Part shown: positions 54,428 to 63,378 of the stretch, in pieces
How the letters are laid out: every line of letters starts with the position of its first letter
Numbering within the stretch: the stretch's first letter is position 1
IMG/VR virus record: IMGVR_UViG_3300038530_001701
Source: a virus
Lineage: Duplodnaviria; Heunggongvirae; Uroviricota; Caudoviricetes
Length of the DNA stretch: 64,000 bases
Reading direction: 5' to 3' (one strand)
Program-made: the position numbers and the translations under genes
Notes under the pieces: model-generated
Database searches by the model: none
What the model was told of the DNA's origin: nothing
Seen by the model: only the letters and a program-made list of their open reading frames with translations

Positions 54428-54496
54428 GGCATTGACATTTAAAACGGGGCCTGTAAAATAGGCCCTACATTAAACAAACAAGCCAACAGGTGACTT

Positions 54497-55180
54497 ATGC
54501 AAGCTTTCCGTTTTCACGTAACCCGCGTATCTGCTAACGCCAAAACAGGCCCTATTCCTGTAACCACTACTAGCGAGAATTCCTGTCCAACTACTTGCCC
54601 ATTGTATGATAGCGGCTGCTATGCTAAGGCAGGCCCATTAGCTTTACATTGGAGAAAAGTTAGCGATGCTAACGAAAAACGTTCGATTGACTTTGATCAG
54701 TTTTTGAGCGAAATCAAAGCATTGCCAAAAGGTCAATTGTGGCGGCATAACCAAGCCGGTGATTTACCGCACGTTCATGGCTACATTGAAGAAAACGCTA
54801 CAATGGCAATCATTAAAGCCAATAAGCATAAAAAAGGCTTTACTTATACTCACCACGTAATGAATCCGCACAACATGAAAATGGTTCAAATTGCTAACCA
54901 AAAAGGTTTTACAGTGAACCATTCGGCGGATAACGTGAGCAATGCTGTAACAGCCTATAAGGCGCTTTCAGGGATTCCAGTAGTTACCCTATTGCCACTG
55001 GATGCACCTAACGTGCAGACCGTTAGAGGCGTCAAGGTTGTCGCTTGCCCTGCTGAAAAGAGTAAGCAAGTCAATTGCGCTAACTGTGGATTATGTGCAG
55101 ATTCAAATCGTTCTTATGTGATAGGCTTTCGTGTTCACGGCACACAAAAGAAATCAGCAAATATCATTGCGAAAGGTTGA
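54497..55180 (+). CDS. Cys-rich hypothetical protein (possible metal/Fe-S binding)
   Basis: 227 aa; cysteine clusters CPTTCPLYDSGCY and CPAEKSKQVNCANCGLC. Confidence 0.4.
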   Translation: MQAFRFHVTRVSANAKTGPIPVTTTSENSCPTTCPLYDSGCYAKAGPLALHWRKVSDANEKRSIDFDQFLSEIKALPKGQLWRHNQAGDLPHVHGYIEENATMAIIKANKHKKGFTYTHHVMNPHNMKMVQIANQKGFTVNHSADNVSNAVTAYKALSGIPVVTLLPLDAPNVQTVRGVKVVACPAEKSKQVNCANCGLCADSNRSYVIGFRVHGTQKKSANIIAKG

Positions 55181-55236
55181 AATATAGCGCCCTTGGGTTA
55201 TACTGAGGGCGTATTCAATCAAACGAGGTAACAAGC

Positions 55237-55479
55237 ATGAATAAGGTAACAGCTATCTATATCGGCAATTGCATGGACTCTGACAATGATGTTGTTCTTG
55301 TGTATGTTGGAAAAATTGTTGTACCTTTCGAGGAATACGCGGGAAATTTCAATTCAGAAACTTTTAATGATTTCAAGCAATATGTTGAAAAAACGCCGCT
55401 CGAATCCTTGTTTACAGAATCCTATAAGACTATAGGCCAAAACTATTACAATCTTGTTTCTGTTTCTGATCAACTATGA
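55237..55479 (+). CDS. hypothetical protein
   Basis: 80-aa ORF, RBS. Confidence 0.4.
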   Translation: MNKVTAIYIGNCMDSDNDVVLVYVGKIVVPFEEYAGNFNSETFNDFKQYVEKTPLESLFTESYKTIGQNYYNLVSVSDQL

Positions 55480-55832
55480 GGAAGCTAACTATGTGCGATT
55501 CTGTATATCAAGCAATTACCATGCCAGTTAATCAATGCAATCTGACGGGTGTTGAAAAGGTTATTAAGAGCGAGGTGTTAGGTCAATATCGAATAACGCT
55601 AATGCTTGACAATTTCAAACAATATAGGGTGATTCTTACAGACCGTGAAAATGGTTTAGTTGTTTCTGCTATCTTGTTTGATCAATTCAGAACGGTAAGG
55701 TTTAAATATACATTGCCAGCATATCGCTCTCAGAAGCTTACTAGACAGCTTTTTGCTTATACATGTAGTGTGACACGTAAAACTTTTAGACACAGCGACA
55801 ATCTAACGACAGCGGGCGCTATGAGCATTTAA
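55476..55832 (+). CDS. hypothetical protein
   Basis: 118-aa ORF, ATGA coupling. Confidence 0.4.
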   Translation: MRKLTMCDSVYQAITMPVNQCNLTGVEKVIKSEVLGQYRITLMLDNFKQYRVILTDRENGLVVSAILFDQFRTVRFKYTLPAYRSQKLTRQLFAYTCSVTRKTFRHSDNLTTAGAMSI

Positions 55833-55862
55833 AAGCATAGCTCAAAAGGTTTAACCCGATAC

Positions 55863-55903
55863 CCTGCTAGTTGACTTACAATTGACTAGCAGGTTTTTGT
55901 TTA
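55863..55903 (+). terminator. rho-independent terminator ending rightward module
   Basis: cctgctagt-tgacttacaattg-actagcagg + tttttgtttatc. Confidence 0.65.
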
Positions 55904-55977
55904 TCTGTAAAGATGTATCTCATAGATATTTTAAAATTCCAGAAGTCAGTCTAATCGGCCTATGTTATTTGTTAAGC

Positions 55978-56058
55978 ACCGCAGCGTAAGAGACAGGATT
56001 TTCCCAATTTTTCTAGGCTGTACCGCAGCGTAAGAGACAGGATTTTCCCAATTTTTCT
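55978..56058. repeat. two 37-bp direct repeats (accgcagcgtaagagacaggattttcccaatttttct) separated by 7 bp, in convergent intergenic region
   Basis: Identical copies at 55978-56014 and 56022-56058; followed by 9-bp inverted repeat ggggtaata...tattacccc at ~56131-56167. Confidence 0.7.
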
Positions 56059-56183
56059 CCCCGATATTTAGGATATTTCTATATAAATCAATAACTTACT
56101 ACAATCCATACCTAGATATTTTGTGGGGGTGGGGGTAATATTTCGAAGTTACTCTACGTATTACCCCGTATATAGAGTAGAAC

Positions 56184-56582
56184 TTACCCCCAATTTACTC
56201 TAAAGCCAATGTTTCTAGGCTCAACAGTGAAGCCTTTGGATTCTAAGTCTTCCACGATGAAACTATAGATGTTATGGATAGCCATATCTAGGTCTAGGTC
56301 GTTAGTGTCTATAACTAAACCTGATTCACCCTTAGAGGCTGCTTCGTTAAGTAAATCCATGATTTGAGGGTAGACTTTTGAAGCTTCTTTGCGGGCTTCC
56401 GCCTCTTTCTCATATCTGGCTTTCTCTGAGATTTCTTTTAGAATGTCTGCTGGTGGTTGTTTATAGTCTATTGTAGTTGTAGTTAGTTCTACTAAACCGG
56501 GGCCTATGAAGGTTCTATCTCCACAGATACCTCTATAGTGGCAAGAGCCATCACAGAAGCAGGCTTTGTGTTGTGTACTCAT
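56184..56582 (-). CDS. hypothetical protein with N-terminal Cys cluster
   Basis: 132 aa; CFCDGSCHYRGICGD. Confidence 0.4.
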   Translation of the reverse strand: MSTQHKACFCDGSCHYRGICGDRTFIGPGLVELTTTTIDYKQPPADILKEISEKARYEKEAEARKEASKVYPQIMDLLNEAASKGESGLVIDTNDLDLDMAIHNIYSFIVEDLESKGFTVEPRNIGFRVNWG

Positions 56583-56824
56583 TGTTGAATCTCCTTTAGG
56601 TGTTTACAGTGTTCTTTACAGTATCTTAGACGTTCCATGACTTCATCTATTTGTTCTGGTTCCATAGCTACAGATATTCCTTTGAAGTCTAGTATGAAGA
56701 CTCCTGAACCATCTGAAAAGGCTCCTACATATAAATCGTCTTCTTTATACCTAGTCTTTAGGGGATATGCTAATACTTTTGGAAGACCGGGGATTACCTC
56801 TACCTCTACTTGTTTCATTTCCAT
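56579..56824 (-). CDS. hypothetical protein
   Basis: 81-aa ORF, overlapping stop/start. Confidence 0.4.
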   Translation of the reverse strand: MEMKQVEVEVIPGLPKVLAYPLKTRYKEDDLYVGAFSDGSGVFILDFKGISVAMEPEQIDEVMERLRYCKEHCKHLKEIQQ

Positions 56825-57051
56825 TCACTCCTTATGTGTTTAGCTTCTTCTAAGCTTTGTGTTAATGGGAACAACATTCTCTTTAGTTCTTCATTCATTC
56901 GTATTAGATTGTACTGCATGTAGAGATTGGGGTCAAGAGAGTGATATAAATCGTTCTTATTTATTACTCTGACAACATGAACATCCCCGTAGACTAACTC
57001 TACGAGGTATCCATAAGCTACTTCACAACAGAACCATTGACGCTTCATCAC
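56815..57051 (-). CDS. hypothetical protein
   Basis: 78-aa ORF. Confidence 0.4.
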   Translation of the reverse strand: MMKRQWFCCEVAYGYLVELVYGDVHVVRVINKNDLYHSLDPNLYMQYNLIRMNEELKRMLFPLTQSLEEAKHIRSEWK

Positions 57052-57233
57052 TCTTTCTCCAAAGTCTCTAAGGCTTCACCTAAAGCTTTAATCAACCTAT
57101 TGAACTCTTTAGGTGTAATTGTTTTAGCTTTATAAGGTGTTAGTGTAGCAACTAACATTCTATCACCTAAACTAACTTCAATGATTGTGTGTCCAGTTGT
57201 TCTGTCTTTTGAAGCTTCCCAAGTGTATTTCAT
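57048..57233 (-). CDS. hypothetical protein
   Basis: 61-aa ORF, coupled. Confidence 0.35.
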   Translation of the reverse strand: MKYTWEASKDRTTGHTIIEVSLGDRMLVATLTPYKAKTITPKEFNRLIKALGEALETLEKE

Positions 57234-57433
57234 TCTTTTGCCTCATTCTGTGGTCTAACACTGTATGCTTGTACAGGTATAGCTGCTGTAAGTTCATCAC
57301 CATCAAAGCTGATAGTTACCTGAGAAGGACGTTTCATATTCAAGTAACCAATCATGATAGTGTAGCTATCGAATTCAACAAGGTACATATCCTCTTTTCT
57401 ATCGATTTTCACACCTTTCATCCATACCTCCAT
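57230..57433 (-). CDS. hypothetical protein
   Basis: 67-aa ORF, coupled. Confidence 0.35.
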   Translation of the reverse strand: MEVWMKGVKIDRKEDMYLVEFDSYTIMIGYLNMKRPSQVTISFDGDELTAAIPVQAYSVRPQNEAKE

Positions 57434-57600
57434 AACTCAAGAAAATAGAATGTCCAGAACACACCCCCAAGAGTTAGTAAACCAATGCTAAGCAACCTAG
57501 GTACTGTGTTCATAAACGTGTCATATTCATTGTAATGCTTGGCAAGCTCCTGTTGAAAGAAGATGCCAAGGCAAGTACACATTATAGCAAGAGCTACCAT
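57418..57600 (-). CDS. small membrane protein
   Basis: 60 aa, two hydrophobic helices. Confidence 0.35.
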   Translation of the reverse strand: MVALAIMCTCLGIFFQQELAKHYNEYDTFMNTVPRLLSIGLLTLGGVFWTFYFLELWRYG

Positions 57601-57812
57601 AGCAAGTCAATCTCCAATTCACCATTTTCTGAGAAATAGTGGATTTGTTGTAGTGCTTCTTCAACCTCAGAGTAGTGGTCTTCACAACAGATATACTCAT
57701 CATCCTCTTTAGTGACTTCACACTCCATAGAGTCTTTTGTGAAATACCAGAGGTTATCTACAAGAACTGTTCCACCATTCTCTAGGTGTTCTTTAATCTT
57801 TTGAATATCCAT
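57594..57812 (-). CDS. hypothetical protein
   Basis: 72-aa ORF. Confidence 0.4.
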   Translation of the reverse strand: MDIQKIKEHLENGGTVLVDNLWYFTKDSMECEVTKEDDEYICCEDHYSEVEEALQQIHYFSENGELEIDLLW

Positions 57813-58195
57813 TAATCCTCCAAAGCTTCAATGAAGATATTGGCACCTTTTTTGACTTGAACAAACTCGCAGATAAGGTACTCACCATCACATTCAATAG
57901 TTTTACTGATAAGTTGCTTAACGAGATCAAAACCACCCTTCAGTGTCATAATATATTCAAAGCCCTGTTCGTCTTCAAAGATCATATTAGCAGAGCTACG
58001 ACCTGTAATTGTGTATCTAGGTGTAAGTTTTAGTTGTCGAACCTCATGTGGATATTTAGAGGTTTTGACTTTCTCACCAGTCTGTCTTTCATAATAATTA
58101 GTTTGATCGTAACCTGTATACCACTTACCAGTGCTTTCGACAATCCAAGGTTGCCAACTACGTTTAACCAATGTCTTTAGATTTTCTCTTTTCAT
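57812..58195 (-). CDS. hypothetical protein
   Basis: 127-aa ORF. Confidence 0.4.
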   Translation of the reverse strand: MKRENLKTLVKRSWQPWIVESTGKWYTGYDQTNYYERQTGEKVKTSKYPHEVRQLKLTPRYTITGRSSANMIFEDEQGFEYIMTLKGGFDLVKQLISKTIECDGEYLICEFVQVKKGANIFIEALED

Positions 58196-58431
58196 CTTTC
58201 ATCCTCCGGTAGTCTACAACTCTCACCTTTGTCGTTCTTCTTACGAATCTTAAAGTCAGAGCTATCAAATTTATGCCAACCAAAACCCATACCACGACCA
58301 TGATAGCGTAATTGCATATCATCGAATTGTGCTAGGATGTTGTTATCCTCATCATATCGGATAAGGGCTGTATGGCCTTTAAGTTTCTCAATATCACCTA
58401 CATAGGTGCCTACAGTTATCCTTTTAGCCAT
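58192..58431 (-). CDS. hypothetical protein
   Basis: 79-aa ORF. Confidence 0.4.
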   Translation of the reverse strand: MAKRITVGTYVGDIEKLKGHTALIRYDEDNNILAQFDDMQLRYHGRGMGFGWHKFDSSDFKIRKKNDKGESCRLPEDER

Positions 58432-58721
58432 TAATCCTCCTTTAACATGCTCTCAAGGACTTCCACTAGGCTTCCCCCACCATTGTAGTGCATTGTGTGA
58501 AAATGAATAGTACCATAAAAGTCTATGTGGTAATCTGCAAAGAACGAACAATCCTGATCTGACTTTACTTCGTAGTTTACTTTGAAAATTCTCTGACCAA
58601 CCCTAATCAAACTTCTATCTGAAAGCCAGTCAGAGAATTCACATTCATCCATACCACCTATATAGTCTGGTACAGAGCCTACGTAGTTTAAGGTTCCTTT
58701 ATTTCTTTCTAATGAACTCAT
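58431..58721 (-). CDS. hypothetical protein
   Basis: 96-aa ORF. Confidence 0.4.
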   Translation of the reverse strand: MSSLERNKGTLNYVGSVPDYIGGMDECEFSDWLSDRSLIRVGQRIFKVNYEVKSDQDCSFFADYHIDFYGTIHFHTMHYNGGGSLVEVLESMLKED

Positions 58722-59296
58722 CCTCTACCTCCAATTTCGTGCATATCTGGTGCGTGAATTTCAAGATTACTTGCGTAATTGATAACATCTTCCTGTGTCC
58801 AGAATCTCCACTCACCTAGACGTTCTTTAGCTCCATCCAGACCAACATCAATAGACTTACCGAAGTTGTGAAGTGTTCCATGACAATGCCCGTGAAGCTG
58901 AATGCTACCTCTGTGAGATTGGTTCCATACTACCATAGGGTAGTGACACATGACAATCTTAATCTTGTTGTATTTAATTTCCTTAACCTTATCGAGACTG
59001 AAGATGTGACCAGAATCTAGAAGATCAACCATCAGTTTCTTGGGGTCATGATTACCTTGAACACAGCGGATAGTTCCATTAAGTTGCTCAAGAACTTCTC
59101 GACACTTGCCAGCCTTATTAGCACCAACAAAGAAGAAATCTCCTAGGTGCCATACAGTGTCCTTTGGGCCTACTTGCTTGTTCCAGATTTCAATAAGCTT
59201 GTCTGTGTTTTCCTCGAAAGTCCAAGGTCTGTTAGCGAAATCGCAGATATTCTTATGAAAGAAATGCAAGTCGCTTGTGAAAAATACTCCTGACAT
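58718..59296 (-). CDS. calcineurin-like metallophosphoesterase (Ser/Thr phosphatase family)
   Basis: 192 aa; SDLHF, GDFF, GNHD(P) and GHCHG motifs of the metallophosphatase fold. Confidence 0.7.
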   Translation of the reverse strand: MSGVFFTSDLHFFHKNICDFANRPWTFEENTDKLIEIWNKQVGPKDTVWHLGDFFFVGANKAGKCREVLEQLNGTIRCVQGNHDPKKLMVDLLDSGHIFSLDKVKEIKYNKIKIVMCHYPMVVWNQSHRGSIQLHGHCHGTLHNFGKSIDVGLDGAKERLGEWRFWTQEDVINYASNLEIHAPDMHEIGGRG

Positions 59297-59298
59297 AG

Positions 59299-59772
59299 TT
59301 AACCTCCATTTACAAATTCTTTTAATTCTTCGTATGCATCTTCATTCTTAAGATTGAATACAGGTATATAAAAATATTCAGCAATTCTGATAGCTTGGCC
59401 TGTGCCGCCTGAATCTTTACCATCTTTTGTCCAGCATACCACAAACTCTACAGGTGTGTCACCATCTTGTCCTAAGATTTGCATGGCATTTCTACACATT
59501 AGTCTTTTACCATAATCTTTAAGATTGTGTGGTGCTGGATGGAAGTATTCCGTAAATACATGAGTCCATCTAGGAAGATCGTCGTTAGCTATAAAGATTT
59601 CCTTCAATGCTCTAGGAATACCTTTTTCAAAAGCACTGTCAGCACCTTTAGCACCGCCTGAGCGAAGCTTGTAGCCCTTTTTCATAAGACCTCTACCAAT
59701 CCTAGTCATAAGCCTTAAAACATCATCAGGAGTCTCTCTCGCGCCCACACCACAGTAAAAATTATTACTCAT
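59299..59772 (-). CDS. Rossmann-fold SLOG/DprA-like nucleotide-binding protein (tentative)
   Basis: 157 aa; RSGGAKGADSAFEKG glycine-rich loop resembling DprA/LOG/YpsA-type SLOG motif. Confidence 0.4.
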   Translation of the reverse strand: MSNNFYCGVGARETPDDVLRLMTRIGRGLMKKGYKLRSGGAKGADSAFEKGIPRALKEIFIANDDLPRWTHVFTEYFHPAPHNLKDYGKRLMCRNAMQILGQDGDTPVEFVVCWTKDGKDSGGTGQAIRIAEYFYIPVFNLKNEDAYEELKEFVNGG

Positions 59773-60319
59773 CTTTAAACCTCCTACCTATAAGTTTACA
59801 GGTTTTAATAAAACAATCTAAATTGAAGTCGTTTTTCATTCGATTAACGTAGTATGCACACCAAACAACATTACCTTTTGTATATCCAAGTTTTGGATCA
59901 ACCCTGTCAACTGACGGTGTAAGGTGGTGTGGGGTTGTTCCACAATCAGATATATTTTCAAAAGAAATCTCGTCACCTGTATAGAAGCAAAAACCTCCTT
60001 GAGACTCAAACAATTCAATAAGATAATCTGAGTCCAAGTCAAAAGGAACACCACACTCCTGTGCTCTATACTTGTAGGATGTTAGTTTACTTTTTATAAA
60101 CAACTTCGGATTTTTTCTATTTTTAGCCGTTCTAACTCTGTTTATCTTATTCGCACAATTTTTACAGTTTACATTCCAAGAAATACCACTTTTTGTTTTC
60201 TTTTTAATATGAAAGTTGTCAGATATTCCCTTAAAAATAACTCCACAAGAACTGCACATCCTCTTGTCTTTTGGGTGTAGTTTATATCTATTTAAGGTGC
60301 GTAACTCTAGCGGTGTCAT
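59765..60319 (-). CDS. HNH endonuclease-like protein
   Basis: 184 aa; N-terminal CSSCG...CKNC zinc motif; C-terminal SVDRVDPKLGYTKGNVVWCAYYVNRMKND resembling HNH core. Confidence 0.5.
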   Translation of the reverse strand: MTPLELRTLNRYKLHPKDKRMCSSCGVIFKGISDNFHIKKKTKSGISWNVNCKNCANKINRVRTAKNRKNPKLFIKSKLTSYKYRAQECGVPFDLDSDYLIELFESQGGFCFYTGDEISFENISDCGTTPHHLTPSVDRVDPKLGYTKGNVVWCAYYVNRMKNDFNLDCFIKTCKLIGRRFKDE

Positions 60320-60320
60320 T

Positions 60321-60749
60321 TCAAGTCCTCCTAAAAACAGAATATTCTATTCCAAGTTCCTCAAGGTACTCTATAGTATCGTTTAAATTCCAACGAGAGG
60401 CAAATTGAGGGTCTGGTTCTTCAAAACACACTTTTGCAATACCGTATTGATTCATAATTGCACAACAGTGTAAACATGGTGGTTTTGTTACGTAAATTAT
60501 GGCATCACGAACATCTGCGGCACAATTCATTAGGCAATTGTGTTCTGCATGTATAACCATCTTATACTTTTTCTCACGAATGTTCAAGCGTTGATCATCT
60601 TTTGTATTCCGGCTGAACCCATTAAACCCAATCCCCAAAACTCTATTGCATTTATCGACGCACACGACCCCTATTTTAGTGGATGGATCTTTCGAGAATG
60701 AAGCCACAAAGGTTGCCATTTGCATAAACCTAATATCCCATTTATTCAT
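60321..60749 (-). CDS. dCMP deaminase
   Basis: 142 aa; zinc-binding HAEHN and PCLHCC motifs of the cytidine/dCMP deaminase family. Confidence 0.75.
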   Translation of the reverse strand: MNKWDIRFMQMATFVASFSKDPSTKIGVVCVDKCNRVLGIGFNGFSRNTKDDQRLNIREKKYKMVIHAEHNCLMNCAADVRDAIIYVTKPPCLHCCAIMNQYGIAKVCFEEPDPQFASRWNLNDTIEYLEELGIEYSVFRRT

Positions 60750-61045
60750 CGTGCATTTACCTCCCTACCAATTGGTTCAAGACCCATGAAGCGAATCTTG
60801 TAAAATCCTTTCCCATAAACTTCGTCAATAATGGCCTGTGCCTTAGCCCTCTCCCGAATTTTGACAAAAATATAGTGGCCGAAAGCATCGATCACGTAAT
60901 AACGCGAAGGAGGCGTTCTAGCCACTTGAACTTCGTCCTGAAACTTGACGACAAATTTTTCATGCTGGTTCTGCACTTGTTTCCGATAAAACTCTTTTAG
61001 ATTCTGATCAATCATCACGACCTCCTGACATAACCCATTCGTCAT
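60746..61045 (-). CDS. hypothetical protein
   Basis: 99-aa ORF. Confidence 0.4.
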   Translation of the reverse strand: MTNGLCQEVVMIDQNLKEFYRKQVQNQHEKFVVKFQDEVQVARTPPSRYYVIDAFGHYIFVKIRERAKAQAIIDEVYGKGFYKIRFMGLEPIGREVNAR

Positions 61046-61289
61046 TTACACGACGACTTTTCATATCGTATCTGACGAAATATGTCTTAACACGATTACC
61101 CTCTTGTTTAGCGCACTTCCTGAACATATAGATAAAATCTCCCATCTTGTATGCTTCGAAAGCTTGATCTACTTCAGGGATGTGAAGGGCTGCGGAATAC
61201 AGCCCCTTAATCTTAACTGAATTAGGATTCTTCGCTATCCTCACAAACTTGTGGACACTGATCTGTTTCTTCCAACTCGGATTCTTCAT
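61008..61289 (-). CDS. hypothetical protein (start uncertain; overlaps upstream gene)
   Basis: 93-aa ORF. Confidence 0.35.
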   Translation of the reverse strand: MKNPSWKKQISVHKFVRIAKNPNSVKIKGLYSAALHIPEVDQAFEAYKMGDFIYMFRKCAKQEGNRVKTYFVRYDMKSRRVNDEWVMSGGRDD

Positions 61290-61884
61290 TAAGTAATTCC
61301 TCCTGCTCTTTGGTTCTAACTTCGATTACAGTGTCTAGCCTATCAAGAATTTCCTTCTGTGTAAAGTGATAATCTTTACCTTCCAAGACAAGCTCAATTT
61401 CTTCTTCAGTTAGGAAGCCTTCGTAGACCTCTTTAACAACCTCCCTGAACATAGATTCTGTGTGTTTAACCCTAGAAGCTACCTCGTGGCTCTTACCCAT
61501 AGTGCCATAAGATGCGTTGTGAATCATCATTTCACCATAAGGCTGTACCTGCCATTGGTTACAAGTCAAGAAGATCATTGTAGCGGCACTGGCGCACTCC
61601 TGTTCAATTACACCAACAACACCACCCTTACACTCACGAATAGCATTCATAATCTGCGCTGCAATGTCGAATCGACCACCACCAGAATTGATACGGATAA
61701 TCACTGTATCATGTTCTTCAGCACCACGAAGTAGTGTGCAAAGAGGTCTAGCCATATCGAAGTCTTCTAGTAAATAATCTAGGTAGTACTCATAAACCTT
61801 ACTAGTAATCTCGGAGGCTACGAAAGCCCTTGGCATTAGTGCATTACCACCACTGTCATTACCTTCAAAGTATACTGCTTCCAT
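61222..61884 (-). CDS. ClpP-family serine protease-like protein
   Basis: 220 aa; INSGGGRFDIAAQIMNAI...ASAATMIFL...MIHNASYG parallels ClpP INSPGG...ASMGA...MIHQP pattern; acidic C-terminus. Confidence 0.55.
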   Translation of the reverse strand: MEAVYFEGNDSGGNALMPRAFVASEITSKVYEYYLDYLLEDFDMARPLCTLLRGAEEHDTVIIRINSGGGRFDIAAQIMNAIRECKGGVVGVIEQECASAATMIFLTCNQWQVQPYGEMMIHNASYGTMGKSHEVASRVKHTESMFREVVKEVYEGFLTEEEIELVLEGKDYHFTQKEILDRLDTVIEVRTKEQEELLNEESELEETDQCPQVCEDSEES

Positions 61885-62570
61885 TACTTACCTCCTATCT
61901 CATCGAAAATTTTAACAAATTGTGCTGTAATACCTGAGCGAACAACATCATCAGGCCCAAATTCAACTACGTCAGCACCATGTACGTTGTATTTGAAAAT
62001 GATTCTTGTGATGAAGTCAAGACCATTCTCACCTTTGATATCAGTCTGTGCGGGGTCACCACACAAAATCAACTGACAATTCTCACCAATCCTTGTAACG
62101 ATTGATTTCATTTCTTCTTTGGTTGTGTTCTGAGCCTCATCGATGATCAATACACAATCCTCGAAGCTCATACCACGGATAGCTTCCATAGGTTGAATAG
62201 CAATTCTACCCTGACGTAGACGAGAGTTGTAATCATTCTCACCTAACTTGTTTGAAAGCACCTTAAGCATTGGCTTTAGATACGGCTCAAGCTTCTCATG
62301 AACTGTACCCGGAAAGAATCCACTAGAGCGTCCCATAGCCACGTAGGGGCGTGAGAGAACAACACTATCGACCTCACCCTTGACTAATCTGTTTGCTGCA
62401 TGAGAAGCAGCCACAAACGTCTTACCAGTACCTGCACTTCCTGTACCAACAATCAAAATCTTGCGTTGCAAAGCTGCCAAGTAAAGTTTCTGGCTGTTAG
62501 TCTTAGCAACGATTGGTTGTGCTTTTTCTTGACGTTCCTGTTCGAACTTCGGATTCTTTTTTCTAGCCAT
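61884..62570 (-). CDS. phoH: PhoH-family ATPase
   Basis: 228 aa; Walker A GTGSAGTGKTFVA; IIDEAQN; overall PhoH-like length/organisation. Confidence 0.85.
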   Translation of the reverse strand: MARKKNPKFEQERQEKAQPIVAKTNSQKLYLAALQRKILIVGTGSAGTGKTFVAASHAANRLVKGEVDSVVLSRPYVAMGRSSGFFPGTVHEKLEPYLKPMLKVLSNKLGENDYNSRLRQGRIAIQPMEAIRGMSFEDCVLIIDEAQNTTKEEMKSIVTRIGENCQLILCGDPAQTDIKGENGLDFITRIIFKYNVHGADVVEFGPDDVVRSGITAQFVKIFDEIGGK

Positions 62571-62571
62571 A

Positions 62572-62889
62572 TTAAGCCTCTCCTTCCTGTTCCACCAGTA
62601 GCTTCAGTGTTTCAAAAATTCTCTTGTCAACAACACGAAGGCTATCAGCTAAAGCGTCTTGGTATCTTTTGTAAATATCTGTGTCAATTAGTTTGAGGAA
62701 GAAAATTAATTCTTGCTCAGAAATATGCTCAAGCATGATTTCCAAACACTTATCAACATCCTCATCCGTAACACACTGCTTAGACACATCGTAAGCTAGA
62801 GTCTCATCTTTGCTGTGATGGTACAAGTTACTCTGAACTACAGTCTCTAAGGTTTCTCTAATCGATTGCTTGAGCATATTGAACCTCAA
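62572..62889 (-). CDS. hypothetical protein
   Basis: 105-aa ORF. Confidence 0.4.
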   Translation of the reverse strand: MRFNMLKQSIRETLETVVQSNLYHHSKDETLAYDVSKQCVTDEDVDKCLEIMLEHISEQELIFFLKLIDTDIYKRYQDALADSLRVVDKRIFETLKLLVEQEGEA

Positions 62890-63171
62890 TTACTTAGATG
62901 ATTTTCTACGTGTACGACGAGCAGGCTTTTCCTCTGTAGTCTCTACAGGAGCCTCAGTAGTGCCTTCCTCTGGCTCTTTCGGAGCCTCTACAGGTTTTTC
63001 TGTAGCACCACTTGACTTCTCTACGTCACACGTATACAATCCCGGCCCCCAAGATTGAGGGTAACCAGCGTTGGTTTCACTAATCTGGTAACCTTCTTGC
63101 ACCTTCTCGACAATCTTATCGATAAAGTCTTTTAGGTTGTAACCAGTGATCTTTTCAATTTGTTTACTCAT
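62890..63171 (-). CDS. hypothetical protein with Pro/Glu/Thr-rich, basic C-terminal tail
   Basis: 93-aa ORF, first gene of leftward module (RBS aaggag). Confidence 0.4.
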   Translation of the reverse strand: MSKQIEKITGYNLKDFIDKIVEKVQEGYQISETNAGYPQSWGPGLYTCDVEKSSGATEKPVEAPKEPEEGTTEAPVETTEEKPARRTRRKSSK

Positions 63172-63216
63172 AAATTTCTCCTTTGTTGTTAGTGGGATTT
63201 CTCAACCACATGAATA

Positions 63217-63244
63217 AGTTTAGCACAAGAAGGCGAAAAGTCAA
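63217..63244 (-). promoter_or_regulatory. candidate sigma70-like promoter for leftward module
   Basis: Minus strand TTGACT-16 nt-TAAACT upstream of ATG 63171. Confidence 0.35.
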
Positions 63245-63315
63245 TAGTTAAAATTTATACAACGCTGTAAGTTGCTGATACTTATAGATATTCTAAAAAA
63301 GTTTATTTTTAGGGG

Positions 63316-63343
63316 TTGACAACGGTGGAAACCGTGGTATGCT
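63316..63343 (+). promoter_or_regulatory. sigma70-like promoter for rightward genes
   Basis: TTGACA-16 nt-TATGCT. Confidence 0.5.
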
Positions 63344-63378
63344 GTATTTACAAATTAATTATAATTATTCTATAAATT

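Noticed and set aside
54432-54459. Hairpin GGGCCT-GTAAAAT-AGGCCC after the gene ending at 54427, as a terminator
   Set aside because: Not followed by a T-tract. The same bases form a good TTGACA-16-TAAAAT promoter for the next gene, so it is kept only as a possible weak attenuator.
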